Origin: a virus
Length of the DNA stretch: 64,000 nucleotides
Direction: 5' to 3' (one strand)
IMG/VR virus record: IMGVR_UViG_3300045988_138000
In this document: one piece after another, positions 16,408 through 26,373 of the stretch
How positions within the stretch are numbered: position 1 is the first letter of the stretch
Layout of the letters: the number at the start of each line of letters is the position of its first letter
The notes under the pieces: model-generated
The model's database searches: none
The model's input: the letters and a program-made list of their open reading frames with translations, nothing else
Told to the model about the DNA's origin: nothing
Position numbers and translations under genes: made by a program

Positions 16408-16978
16408 AAATGAGACCAAAATGAAGACTCTGGTCTCATTTCTGTATCAAAAAGTCCCATTTTTCAAAAATGAGCCAAAAAGCAAAAGTCCACTCATCCT
16501 TTTTTTCTTCTTTTTAGTCCCATGATTGTCCCACGATTATCACCCTGTTGCCCACTTTTTTCTTGCTGTTACTTGCTTAATAATTAGCTTTTTATATTAT
16601 TTTGGTCTCAAAATGATTATTTTTTTTATATCCAAACATACGCATAAGGAATAAAATATTTATCTAAAAGATATAAAATACAGCAAAATTGGCTCAATTC
16701 CGTCTTATGCTTTGCCCCATCTCAATCTTGTAAGTAACTTATTGTCTGATGTTTACGGCAAAGCCGTTAATGCTACTAACTTCTAAATTGGGGTTAGGGG
16801 CTTTTGATTTTAGGAGAATAAAAAAATTACCCAAAATTCTGATATAGTATGCTTAGGATTCATGAAAAATGCGACCAAGACCCCGAAATGCGACCAAAAA
16901 TGCGAATAAAGTCCCAATAAATGAGTCAGTTATACCACTACCCTACCCTGTCACATTCATTTTTACGAAATGCGACCA
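16408..16978. repeat. dispersed short repeats in a 0.9-kb non-coding region (AAATGMGNCCA family and GTCCCA family)
   Basis: AAATGAGACCA at 16408, AAATGAGCCA at 16468, AAATGCGACCA at 16867, 16886 and 16968, AAATGCGAATA at 16898, AAATGAGTCA at 16919. Inverted TGGTCTCA at 16431 and 16603. AAAGTCCCA/GTCCCA about 6 times. Confidence 0.7.
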
Positions 16979-17032
16979 GATTATTCGGATTTCGTACAGA
17001 GTATCTTTTGATGGTCGTTCATACCTCACAAT

Positions 17033-17070
17033 GAAAGAAAAAGACCGCCACGTTTCACAACGGAGCGGTC
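17033..17070 (-). terminator. rho-independent terminator of the tape-measure operon
   Basis: Minus strand GACCGC-N16-GCGGTC followed by TTTTTCTTTC, 54 nt after the TMP stop. Confidence 0.65.
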
Positions 17071-17123
17071 TCATCAGAAAATACTAACTAATAAATAAGA
17101 TAAAGAAAATAAAATTCGTAAAT

Positions 17124-20100
17124 TTAGCCCTTGCCTTTCATAAACTGATTGGCCTTCGTCATACTGTCGTACAGATTACCACGACCATACATATCTATCT
17201 TGGCGTAGATAGGCTCATTCAGTCGATCGAGGAGGGTTCTGACGGCTTGCATGAGAGCGGCTTGGCTGGCTGTATTGTTGGCGATTACATTGTTGGCCGC
17301 TGGCGCGCCCAACAGAAGATTACCATTTTCTGCTGTAAAGCCCGCTGCTGCGTCCCCCATTGCGCTCGCAAGCTCGCCGACATTACCATTGTCAAATGCG
17401 CGTCTTGCTGCACGTCTGCCTGAATAGTTTCTGTCGTAGTTGACGAGAGCCTTGAGGAGTGCCGGATTGTTCATCATCATGGCTTGCGTGGTTTCACGAC
17501 CGATGACTATCTCTGGGCCATTCTCTGCTACAAGAGAAGGCTGACCATTGATGGTAGTAGCCCTTGGAGTACTAATCATTTGCACGCCAGTTTTTTGTTT
17601 GCCGTCATCCTCTGTTGCCCAATAAATCTCGCCTTTGTCGGCTACAAAGGGCTTCAGGTCTTGCACGTTACCGCTGTCATACGTAAGCATACCTGAAACG
17701 AGCTTCGTGTTTTTAGATACAGAAGAAGATTTCTTACTGCTGCTGCTGAAAGCCGAATTAAGTGCCCACTGAAGCAAGCCCATCAGAGTAGCCATCACTC
17801 CTGCTGCAGCAATAGGGCCAGCAATAGGACCTAAGAACTCAAAACACTTCGCCATTGCTCCCGCGATAGAGAATGTCACCTCTTGGTCGGTGCGGGCCGC
17901 GTCCGAGTTTGCCACATCCTGATTGTTCTGTTCTTTAGCTGCAAGATTGGTGGTCATAGCCGTCTGGGTCATATCAAGAATGGCATTCTGCGTTATCTCC
18001 GTACTCTTACTTTGCTCTTTATTGCCGGCATCGGTGATGTCAGTTATATTCTTGACACCTTGATGGGTTTCTTTCTCTCTATCCTTAGCTCCCTTTTTAA
18101 CCTCTTTACTGAGTTCTTTCTGATGCTTCTTTTCTTTCTTGAGCTGCTTGGCTTTTTCCTTGTCGTCTCCAGTTTTCTTTGAAGAACCGCCAAGAGTGAA
18201 TTTGGTATTCATCAAGTCACCCACAAGGCTGCCTCCGATACCGGCTACGGCATCGGACAGAGTAGTACCGCCTGTGATAGCACCAGCAGCGGCTGTTCCC
18301 GCTTGAGAGGCGGTATCAATACCGTAAGTCTCCTTGTTATAATCATGGATAGTACCGTTTGGATGACGTTTCTTCCATGCAGCAGGAGGCTCAGTATTTG
18401 CGAGATTGTTGCCGTTGGCATCAATATACTGACCTCCTACGACACGTACCCACATCGGGTTTTCAGCCGTGCCCAGGTTGCGCCAATCCATATCAATGGT
18501 AGCGTTGGCGTTAGCATTGGCTCTCGCCGCATCAATACCAGGCTGTGCGTTAGCCTTACCTCGTTTGGCTCCGGCATCATTGATGGCTTTCCACATTTGG
18601 GTGTTCACGTCATTAAGCGCCATGTTAGCCCAAGACTCAATCATAGACTTCAGGGCATTCTTGATACTTTCCTGTGCGCTTGACACGTCAGACTCCATCA
18701 GGGCGAAAGCTTTACCTACCTCTGCACCGAAGGTCTCAATAGGCTGCACGAGTTGCTGCATCTGCGAAAGGCGGTTCTTCATCGCCGTTGCCATCTGATT
18801 GGCATAGGCAAGCTCTGCCTCCTGACGAGCCTTGTCAGCTTCATCGATAAGCTGCTTGTTTTTCATGTTACGTTCTACAAAGGCGTAATAGTCTTCAGCA
18901 GCTTGCATACGGGCCTTCATTAGTTCTATCTCAGGGTCGGCTGTAAGGTTGGCAAGACCGAGATTAGAGAGAAGGTTTGTGCGCTTGCCGAAAAGGTTGC
19001 TCTCATTCTGTATTTTGCGCAATTTATCCTGTTGGGCAATATTGCGCTCGTTACGTTTCCAAAGGAAATCGGTAATCTTCTTCGCTTCATCGTAGCTTTT
19101 CTTCTCAGCAGCAACGTATTCGTCGTTATACTTTATCAGTTCGAGATAGAGAGCCTTGAGATTTTGCGCCGTGAGTTTTGAAAAATCGAAGCCATCATTA
19201 GCTACAGACAGGAACTGAAGAAACTGATTCTGAAATTTCTCGCTTTCAGGATTGAGGCTATATAATATGGTGATAGACTCGCGTGCCTTGGTGGTCAGCT
19301 TATCGAAAGCAGTATTCATCTTTTCAAGGCCTTCGGGAGAGTCTGCACGAATATCCTTGGCTGGATGCAGGAAGCCTAAGCGGTCAAATTCACTACGGGT
19401 ATTACGATCAACTGCACCCGTATAGTCGTGCTCATTCAAAATCTTCTGTATCTCGCGCTGACGGGCAAGCAACTTCTCTGCTGCCTCACGCAATTCCTTA
19501 GAGCCGTTGGCAAAAATCTGGTCGAGCAATGCGCCGAGGTTTTCTGCAAGAGTCTTATTGTTTTCGCGAGAGAGGTCGCCGGACAGTTTTGTGAACAACT
19601 TGTGAAGTTCACCAATATCCGCTTTGCCAATAAACTCAAGCAGTTGCTTAGAAGTCTCATCGTCGAAAACCATCACGTCCTCATCCATGTGGGAATTGAA
19701 CTCTTTCCAGCCATTGTCAAGAGTGGCGATAGACTGGCGAGCCGTACCAAGAGCACGCTCCATCTGCGATTGCAGATAGTCCATCTGTTCCTTCTGCTGA
19801 CCTTCGCTTATCTTTTCGCCATCGGCGTTCATCTGAGTCACCCATTCCAGGTACTTGCGCATCTGTTCCTCATAGAAAGCCTTGATGTTGGCGATAAGCG
19901 CATTGGCGCGGTCTTTTGCGACATTCTTTTCCTCATGGTTAGGATTTCCACCAGAACCGGTATTTCTGCCCCCTTTGCCACCACCGTTGCCGCCATTACC
20001 GTTACCATCACCGGTATTAACACCGTTAGGATTCTCCGTAACGAGTAAATATGGATAATCCTCATATTTCTCGACTACTTCACGCGTAGACTTTTCGCGC

Positions 20101-22514
20101 GCTGCACGTTGACGGAGATAAGCGGCACCCATGGCGACCAGTCTTTCTTGTTCCGTAAACTCGGCGTTGTTTCTGTCTATGTGCTTTTCGCCAAATACGC
20201 CTTTAGATGTAGTCAACCAATTATAAGTACGTGACGGACTACCATTCGTGTTCATGATAGCAGCGATCAAAGCATTCCTACGCTGGGCCGAATAATTTCT
20301 ACCAACGTTACTTCGCTTGATAAGCTCCCTTATAGTATAATTTAAACCATGTTTATTGAGATTATCATCAGCAATGGCTTTCAACCATGTGCCACCATAC
20401 TGCCCTAAACGAATCTTCTTTGCATACTGGTCGTAATTGTATTTCAGTTGAGTCTCTCTACCTGCTTTTGGTGCGATATGTTGTTGCTCATCCTTTTCTA
20501 ACGCTTGAGCCATAACCTTTCGTTCTATAGCTGAAGCAGCTTCGTTATAAGCTTTTGCAAGATCCTTCGCAGTAGACTTCTCTGTTATCAATTTAGAAAG
20601 ATAAGAACCAAATTTGTTGTTAAACTGGTCGATTGCGGCTTGTCTTTCCTTTGTTCCTTTTTTAGCACCATCGATAGCCCGCTTGTAACCGTCCAATTCA
20701 ACAGTAGCACGACCGACTTCAAATTTAGCTCCAGCTAACGATTTTGAAAAATGATCGGCAGCATCGGCAGCATCCTGGGCCGCATTGGCATTCTTTTGAA
20801 AATAAGAGTAAAGCGTAGATAAAACACCAATAGCCAATCCGAATACGTTAGCCGACATTGCCAAATTCAAAGCCTTTTGCGCAACCACCCAAGCCCACAC
20901 AGCCTTGCTGATATTGACAAGTTGAATGGCAGCCATCGCAATACCTTTTCCAATGAAAAAGCCGACAAGAGTAGGCAGTAATGCTATCAACGTTTTACAG
21001 GAGAGGACTATTAAATCTATCGTACCTAAAACTGCTTTTTGTGAAGCGGAGGATGTTGTCAGGGCGCGGGACAAATCGTACCAGGCCATCGACAACTGCT
21101 TAACAGAATTAATACCATCAGGATTTACAAACGATTTATTCCACATATTGTTGGCACGCTCAAGGATACCCTTCGCTGTGTCTTGCTGGATATTATACTC
21201 CTGAGTTACAGCCATACCTTCATCGAAAGCCTGGCGAGAGGTTGATACGGCTTTATCAAGCATATCAGCTTTCTCGGCCATAGTCACCATTACCTTTATA
21301 AGTCTGGAGCCGTCGGAACCAAGATCCTTAAAAAGACTATCCAGGGCAAAGACATTCCCAGACTCGTGCATCTTATGGAAGATTGTCTGTATAGCCTCAA
21401 TACCCCTACCCTCTTCAAGGAAAGACTTTAAAGAACCTTTTGCAAGGCCTAAATCCTTCTCGATAGATGATGTGCCCTTACGTATCTCGGTAATCAGCTT
21501 TGTAAAAGCAGTACTTGCCACTTCTGGTTCGATAGCCATACTGTCAACGGCTGCACCAAGGGCGAGAATATCAGATGTGGAAAGCGCACCCACCTTACCC
21601 ATAGCAAGGAGACGATTACTGAAATCGATTATCTTATTTGACGTGGCCGTAGAAGTGGACGCCAATTTGAAGATGGCACTACCTGTTTTAAGCATAGACT
21701 GCTCTACGCCCATCTTAGGGATAAGACCCATAACCTCGGTAATCTTAGACAGCGCAGTGAGGGCTTCGTCGCCCAAATCCTCTTTTAATGCCACGTTTAC
21801 TTGGTTAGCCGCTTTCACGAAAGACTCCAAGCCTTCTGGTCCATACTCTCCAATACCCAATTTAGCTCCAGCATAGGCGATGTTTTGCAGCTCCTGCACA
21901 GAAGTTCTGGTATCAATTTTTGACAAAGATACCGCCATCTTGTCAATATCCTGATGAAGTAAGCCTGAGACCTTGCGAATATTCGCCAAAGAGTCTGACA
22001 TATCGAGATTCTTTTGAATAACACCCGTCACAAGTTCTTTCGCCTTATTGAACACTGCAAACAATCCGACGTATGCCGTGAGGTTCTTCATCGCTGTCTG
22101 CCATGCTCCACCCTGCTTGTGTACCGAGCCAGTAAGTTTGTCGATTTGATTTTGCAGAGCCTTAACATCCTGCTGTTTTTTCTTCAAACCCGGATCGTCA
22201 GCAAACGTTTTTCCGAGTACGCTTTTTGCTGAGACGAGCGCACGGCGCAACTCCTTGAGAGAAGTTGTGTTTAGATTGTCAATGGCATGTTTTACCCGTT
22301 CCTCGTTTGTGATATTCTGCGTTACGGCCGAGTTATACGAAACCAATTCTTTCTTCAGTTTGTTAAACTCGCGCTGGCCCTGCTTGGTTGTCACGTCGAG
22401 CGCAGCCATCTTCTGTTTTATACCGTCAATGCGCTGCTGAAGTTCCTCCATCACCTTTTTGGCGACGGCCGCATTGGCAGTAATGACGATTTGAGTTTTC
22501 TTTGCTGTAGCCAT
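17124..22514 (-). CDS. tail tape measure protein (1796 aa)
   Basis: N-terminal third matches my memory of TP901-type TMP regions (...SDSLANIRKVSGL...IAYAGAKLGI...). Central hydrophobic helices, long coiled coils and very large size. Confidence 0.85.
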   Translation of the reverse strand: MATAKKTQIVITANAAVAKKVMEELQQRIDGIKQKMAALDVTTKQGQREFNKLKKELVSYNSAVTQNITNEERVKHAIDNLNTTSLKELRRALVSAKSVLGKTFADDPGLKKKQQDVKALQNQIDKLTGSVHKQGGAWQTAMKNLTAYVGLFAVFNKAKELVTGVIQKNLDMSDSLANIRKVSGLLHQDIDKMAVSLSKIDTRTSVQELQNIAYAGAKLGIGEYGPEGLESFVKAANQVNVALKEDLGDEALTALSKITEVMGLIPKMGVEQSMLKTGSAIFKLASTSTATSNKIIDFSNRLLAMGKVGALSTSDILALGAAVDSMAIEPEVASTAFTKLITEIRKGTSSIEKDLGLAKGSLKSFLEEGRGIEAIQTIFHKMHESGNVFALDSLFKDLGSDGSRLIKVMVTMAEKADMLDKAVSTSRQAFDEGMAVTQEYNIQQDTAKGILERANNMWNKSFVNPDGINSVKQLSMAWYDLSRALTTSSASQKAVLGTIDLIVLSCKTLIALLPTLVGFFIGKGIAMAAIQLVNISKAVWAWVVAQKALNLAMSANVFGLAIGVLSTLYSYFQKNANAAQDAADAADHFSKSLAGAKFEVGRATVELDGYKRAIDGAKKGTKERQAAIDQFNNKFGSYLSKLITEKSTAKDLAKAYNEAASAIERKVMAQALEKDEQQHIAPKAGRETQLKYNYDQYAKKIRLGQYGGTWLKAIADDNLNKHGLNYTIRELIKRSNVGRNYSAQRRNALIAAIMNTNGSPSRTYNWLTTSKGVFGEKHIDRNNAEFTEQERLVAMGAAYLRQRAAREKSTREVVEKYEDYPYLLVTENPNGVNTGDGNGNGGNGGGKGGRNTGSGGNPNHEEKNVAKDRANALIANIKAFYEEQMRKYLEWVTQMNADGEKISEGQQKEQMDYLQSQMERALGTARQSIATLDNGWKEFNSHMDEDVMVFDDETSKQLLEFIGKADIGELHKLFTKLSGDLSRENNKTLAENLGALLDQIFANGSKELREAAEKLLARQREIQKILNEHDYTGAVDRNTRSEFDRLGFLHPAKDIRADSPEGLEKMNTAFDKLTTKARESITILYSLNPESEKFQNQFLQFLSVANDGFDFSKLTAQNLKALYLELIKYNDEYVAAEKKSYDEAKKITDFLWKRNERNIAQQDKLRKIQNESNLFGKRTNLLSNLGLANLTADPEIELMKARMQAAEDYYAFVERNMKNKQLIDEADKARQEAELAYANQMATAMKNRLSQMQQLVQPIETFGAEVGKAFALMESDVSSAQESIKNALKSMIESWANMALNDVNTQMWKAINDAGAKRGKANAQPGIDAARANANANATIDMDWRNLGTAENPMWVRVVGGQYIDANGNNLANTEPPAAWKKRHPNGTIHDYNKETYGIDTASQAGTAAAGAITGGTTLSDAVAGIGGSLVGDLMNTKFTLGGSSKKTGDDKEKAKQLKKEKKHQKELSKEVKKGAKDREKETHQGVKNITDITDAGNKEQSKSTEITQNAILDMTQTAMTTNLAAKEQNNQDVANSDAARTDQEVTFSIAGAMAKCFEFLGPIAGPIAAAGVMATLMGLLQWALNSAFSSSSKKSSSVSKNTKLVSGMLTYDSGNVQDLKPFVADKGEIYWATEDDGKQKTGVQMISTPRATTINGQPSLVAENGPEIVIGRETTQAMMMNNPALLKALVNYDRNYSGRRAARRAFDNGNVGELASAMGDAAAGFTAENGNLLLGAPAANNVIANNTASQAALMQAVRTLLDRLNEPIYAKIDMYGRGNLYDSMTKANQFMKGKG

Positions 22515-22536
22515 ATTTAGTGTGTTTGTGTTGTTG

Positions 22537-23064
22537 TTATAAAATCTTTATCGGACTTGCTTCCTCGAAGGTGTTTATCAGTTTCACCTCGCCCTCGTAG
22601 CCGTAGAAGTCAACCAGATAGTTGGCGATGCGCTGCTGAAGGTGGCGAAGCTCCATCATGATGGCAGGACGTTGCGACTTGCCCGATTTTCGGTCCCACT
22701 TGCTGACGTATCGCGTCTGGAAGCGAGCCTTCTTGCCCGACTCTACGTCCTCGTATGTCGTTCCTTGACCGACACCCATATCCACAAAGCGCATATAGTC
22801 GTTGAACTGGAAAGCCATCGTCACCTTGCCTCCTTCTCCGGCTTCGATGATTCTTCCGGCAAACGATTTTGCGCCCTCGCCAGTTGAGTACCACTGTCCC
22901 ATCTCCTTGCGTTTCTGATTGACGACAGCATATCCGTTATACACCTCCTTGGGGTAGATGCACTGTGTCATGGTGTTCACCTCAAGCTGATTGATGGTCT
23001 GCTGAAAGAAGCGAGCCGCTACCCTATTGAAGGGGAACATCGGATTTTTGATTGGTTTGCCCAT
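22537..23064 (-). CDS. hypothetical tail-associated protein (175 aa)
   Basis: Track ORF immediately upstream of the TMP gene, so a chaperone or tube role is suggested by position only. Confidence 0.5.
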   Translation of the reverse strand: MGKPIKNPMFPFNRVAARFFQQTINQLEVNTMTQCIYPKEVYNGYAVVNQKRKEMGQWYSTGEGAKSFAGRIIEAGEGGKVTMAFQFNDYMRFVDMGVGQGTTYEDVESGKKARFQTRYVSKWDRKSGKSQRPAIMMELRHLQQRIANYLVDFYGYEGEVKLINTFEEASPIKIL

Positions 23065-23085
23065 ATCGCATATATTATTAAAAGG

Positions 23086-23670
23086 TTAGGGTTCTTCCGG
23101 CACGATATACTTGCCGTTGCTGCCACACGCGAAGTTGTAGAGCGGTTGCAGGCTCTTCCAGTCCATGCCCACGACAAGCCATTGTCCGGCGTAGATGTCA
23201 CCCACCATGCCGAAGGAGATGCTGCTGGTGTCGATACTTTGCAGCTCTGCCATCACCATGGCATCGTCGGCAAAACTGCGCTTTGTGACGGGACAGCGGC
23301 CTGTGCGCTTCACTTCGATAAGCCAGGCTATGAGATCCTTGCAGTAGTCGGTGAGGTCGTTGGCCGTGCGCTCTATCTTGTTGCCGTCGTAACGGCCAAG
23401 AGTCTGCGGCGTGTCCTTCACCTTAGCGAGAAACCACACCTGGTGAGAGACAGATGCCTTCTTTGCGTCAACGAGTTCGCCGGTGGTCAGTACGCTGTAT
23501 AGCATACACGGCGAGTGAACGACGTTGGCGTTTCGGGAGAAAATGTTCTCAAGGTCGATGTAGCGGATGCGGAAGAAACTCTGGTCTTCGAGGCGCTTGC
23601 TCTCGGGGTTGTGAGAAAAAGGCTTGTAAATGGAAGCCCAATGCTCAAGGATATTGCTTATTGTTGCCAT
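23086..23670 (-). CDS. hypothetical tail-associated protein (194 aa)
   Basis: Track ORF, second gene of the holin-TMP operon. Confidence 0.5.
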   Translation of the reverse strand: MATISNILEHWASIYKPFSHNPESKRLEDQSFFRIRYIDLENIFSRNANVVHSPCMLYSVLTTGELVDAKKASVSHQVWFLAKVKDTPQTLGRYDGNKIERTANDLTDYCKDLIAWLIEVKRTGRCPVTKRSFADDAMVMAELQSIDTSSISFGMVGDIYAGQWLVVGMDWKSLQPLYNFACGSNGKYIVPEEP

Positions 23671-23716
23671 TCTCTTTTCACTTTATTAGGGTTTATGGGC
23701 GGCGATACCCATGCTA

Positions 23717-24247
23717 CTATTCGGGGTCGGGGGATTTTTCTTTATTCATATCTTCCTCATCCCGCATGAGTTCCTTCAACTTGATGTTGAAGTGGCGCTC
23801 GGTCTTGTCGGCCACTATCTTCTGCATCACTCGCGCCCACCCTGCTCCGTTGCAGGTGCTTTCGTTCTCAAGGATACTGACAAACTGGACTCCGCAGTAA
23901 AGGGCGGCGAGATAATTGGCGAGATGGAGCGGATTCATGTAGTCGAGTACGATGGTGTCGATGGCGGTGGCGAGGAAGATGGCGAGGATGAGGACGGAGA
24001 AGTCCTGCACCATCTTGGTCATCTTCTTGGATTTCAGCTTGCCGTCCATCTGGCATTTAGGATTCTTCTTGATAGCCTCACGAAATCGGCTGTAGATACG
24101 GCGGTTGAGCCGCCATGCCGTGTAGCAATCCAGTAGAAGGGCGAAGAAGCATACACCGATGTAGTTGAGTGAGGGTTCGATGTAACACCACAGCAGACCT
24201 ATTGCGGCTGCTATGAATCGGGTAATGTTGGGTAAGATCGTTTGCAT
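23717..24247 (-). CDS. holin, phage_holin_4_1 (LL-H) family-like
   Basis: Several TM helices. ...DGKLKSKKMTKMV... and VQFVSILENES resemble the family hallmark (SILEN). Confidence 0.55.
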   Translation of the reverse strand: MQTILPNITRFIAAAIGLLWCYIEPSLNYIGVCFFALLLDCYTAWRLNRRIYSRFREAIKKNPKCQMDGKLKSKKMTKMVQDFSVLILAIFLATAIDTIVLDYMNPLHLANYLAALYCGVQFVSILENESTCNGAGWARVMQKIVADKTERHFNIKLKELMRDEEDMNKEKSPDPE

Positions 24248-24315
24248 TGTTGTGTTTGATTTTTAATGTGTGATGTAAATGTGAAGTGTTATCCTGTTTT
24301 GATTAAGATACGATG

Positions 24316-24323
24316 CAAAGGTA
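24316..24323 (-). promoter_or_regulatory. candidate late -7 promoter box (ATTACCTTTGCA) for the holin-TMP operon
   Basis: Minus strand TACCTTTG, 69 nt upstream of ATG 24247. Same 12-mer as at 10592-10603. Confidence 0.45.
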
Positions 24324-24411
24324 ATGAAAGGAGAAAAAACGGGTGGGACATATTTTTTTCGCCATGCGGACAGGCAGAGAGGTATGTCCCAATCGTTTTT
24401 GGATGATTTCG

Positions 24412-24419
24412 TAACTTTG
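24412..24419 (+). promoter_or_regulatory. candidate -7 promoter box for the rightward packaging operon
   Basis: Plus strand TAACTTTG matches TAnnTTTG, 27 nt upstream of ATG 24446. Confidence 0.45.
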
Positions 24420-24445
24420 CCGACATAACAAACAACATAAACAAG

Positions 24446-25252
24446 ATGAGTCAGATAACACAAGGCACATTGGCACGCATCGACAAATGGTTGGCGCAAG
24501 GCATCAGTATCGAGACGATGTTCCCGAACCTGGAGCAGCGCTATCGTATGCAGCTCTGTGCGGAATATTACAAAAGGTGGGTGCAGAACAAGGATATTGA
24601 CCCACGCACCACCTGTCGCAACATTGCCCGGCGTGACTACGAGTTGTTCATCAACCAAGCCGCACAGGGCAACAAGGAGGCTGTGGCGATGATTCAGGCT
24701 CTGGGCATCACGGTGGACGACGAGGGTAATGTGAAAAATCGCACCATCACGGAGCTCAACAACGACGTGGCGGTGTGCAATCATATCATCCGCTTCTTCA
24801 CCACCGACGAGAGTCCGCGCCACAAGGCCATGTACCTCAATTCGGCAGAATGGTTGATACGCACGGGCAAACAGCAGAACAACGACCGTGCCGTGGATAA
24901 GGGTATGCAGGCCTTGGCCAACATATACGGCAACTTCATCGAGGAGAAGGATGCTACGGACGAGATGCCGGACATGAGTCGCATTGCCATCACGCAGGAC
25001 GTGAGCATCGTGAAGCGCGACCGCATCAACTATACCGAGGAGGAGAAGCTGCGTCTGGCCCGCAAGTATGGTCTTACGGCAAAGGATATGCGGGATATAG
25101 CCGAAGAGGAATCCCTGCAGGCTGTAGGCAAAGACACTGAGCCGGACTACTTCGAGTACATGGAGCAGAAGGACGAGGAGGATGTGATTAGACACGGGTA
25201 CATGAAAGAAAGCGAATTGACGGATTCCGAAACTACGGATGATGAAGAATAG
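24446..25252 (+). CDS. hypothetical protein with acidic C-terminus (268 aa); small-terminase candidate by position only
   Basis: First ORF of the rightward operon that ends with the large terminase. The long antisense ORF 24263..25372 judged spurious. Confidence 0.55.
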   Translation: MSQITQGTLARIDKWLAQGISIETMFPNLEQRYRMQLCAEYYKRWVQNKDIDPRTTCRNIARRDYELFINQAAQGNKEAVAMIQALGITVDDEGNVKNRTITELNNDVAVCNHIIRFFTTDESPRHKAMYLNSAEWLIRTGKQQNNDRAVDKGMQALANIYGNFIEEKDATDEMPDMSRIAITQDVSIVKRDRINYTEEEKLRLARKYGLTAKDMRDIAEEESLQAVGKDTEPDYFEYMEQKDEEDVIRHGYMKESELTDSETTDDEE

Positions 25253-25340
25253 GCATGACCTTATGAAGGTGATGGGCATTGTTTGATATAAACAATGGGC
25301 ATCGTTTGAAAAGCGAATGTGCCGACACATTAAAACGAAG

Positions 25341-25394
25341 GTGTTAGCACTTTTTGCCAAAAGTGTTAGCACATTTTACCAAAAGTGTTAGCAC
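25341..25394. repeat. three direct 22-bp-spaced copies of the palindromic site AAAGTGTTAGCAC(A/T)TTT
   Basis: GTGTTAGCAC at 25341, 25363 and 25385. Each core has inverted arms AAGTG/CAC(T/A)T. Confidence 0.8.
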
Positions 25395-25467
25395 ATCAAA
25401 AAAACGGAGGTTCGGCTGATTTCGCCAAAAGAATCGAACCTCGGCAAATATATAGTGCATAAATGCG

Positions 25468-25498
25468 CTATAAAAACACTATAAAAAGACTATAAAAA
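25468..25498. repeat. three 11-bp-spaced CTATAAAAA repeats abutting ATG 25501
   Basis: CTATAAAAA at 25468, 25479 and 25490. Confidence 0.7.
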
Positions 25499-25500
25499 AT

Positions 25501-26352
25501 ATGTTAAACGAACAACTGCAGAAAAAGGTAAAACAGTCGATAAAACTCCTGCAGAGTGTGCAGAAGCGATACGACGGCGAGATAGAGATAGCATACTCGG
25601 GCGGTAAGGACTCCGACGTGCTCCTTCAACTGGCGAAAGAGGCCGGCATCAAGTATCGGGCCATATACAAGAATACGACCATCGACCCGCCAGGCACGTT
25701 GGGGCACGTCAGGGAGATGGGAGTGGAGATACTGAGGGCCAAGACTTCCTTCTTTCATCTCGTGGCGCAGAAAGGATTTCCATCTCGCTTTACTCGTTTC
25801 TGTTGTGAAAAACTGAAGGAATATAAGGTGCTCGACAAAAGTATTATCGGCGTGCGCAAGGCTGAGAGCCGGAAACGAAACGAAATATACAACGAGCCGA
25901 CAGAGTGCCGATACTACGGAGCGAAGAAAGAGGAAAATCACGTAGAACAGATTTATCCTATTCTGGAATGGACCGATGAGGACGTGCGCGACTTCATTAT
26001 AGACAGAAAGTTGAAACTCGCACCCATTTATTACAATTCGGGGGGGCAAATCGACGTGTCGAAACGTCTCGGCTGCATGTGCTGCCCTCTCGCATCAAGG
26101 CGCAAGCGCATTATCGAGTTTCAGAAATATCCCAAGATAGCAAAGGCGTATCTCCGTGCGGGGCAACGATTTATGGAAACGCATCCTGACAGCAAGGCGT
26201 GCCAGAGGTACGACAACGTTTACGAATGGTTCACCCGCGACGTGTTTTACAGCTCCAATGCAGATTGGAACAAGGTAAGCACAGGGCTGTTCGGTAAGCC
26301 GGACTTCAAGAAGTTCTTGGAGGATAAGTTCGGTATTGACTTGACATTATAA
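25501..26352 (+). CDS. PAPS-reductase / PP-loop ATPase family protein (phage DndC-like)
   Basis: AYSGGKDSDV PP-loop motif, a C-terminal Cys cluster LGCMCCPL, 283 aa. Confidence 0.75.
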   Translation: MLNEQLQKKVKQSIKLLQSVQKRYDGEIEIAYSGGKDSDVLLQLAKEAGIKYRAIYKNTTIDPPGTLGHVREMGVEILRAKTSFFHLVAQKGFPSRFTRFCCEKLKEYKVLDKSIIGVRKAESRKRNEIYNEPTECRYYGAKKEENHVEQIYPILEWTDEDVRDFIIDRKLKLAPIYYNSGGQIDVSKRLGCMCCPLASRRKRIIEFQKYPKIAKAYLRAGQRFMETHPDSKACQRYDNVYEWFTRDVFYSSNADWNKVSTGLFGKPDFKKFLEDKFGIDLTL

Positions 26353-26373
26353 ACAACACAAAACAATAACGAT

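Noticed and set aside
16421-16525. 34-codon plus-strand ORF (MKTLVSFLYQKVPFFKNEPKSKSPLILFFFFLVP) downstream of a possible TATTTTTG promoter and an AAGGAG
   Set aside because: It is too short, and its sequence is built from the AAAGTCC/AAATGAG repeats themselves. It cannot be supported as coding without conservation or expression data.
24263-25372. 369-aa minus-strand ORF, one of the longest in the track for this region
   Set aside because: - It is antisense to the better-supported 24446..25252 gene.
- It runs through the divergent promoter region and the 25.3-kb repeat cluster.
- Its translation is Leu/Val/His/Arg-rich with no motif. This is typical of a GC-rich antisense artefact.
25407-25443. 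GAGGTTCGATTC on the minus strand resembling a tRNA T-arm
   Set aside because: There is no closing T-stem, no acceptor or anticodon arms, and no D-loop motifs. It is simply one arm of an 8-bp hairpin with a 20-nt loop.
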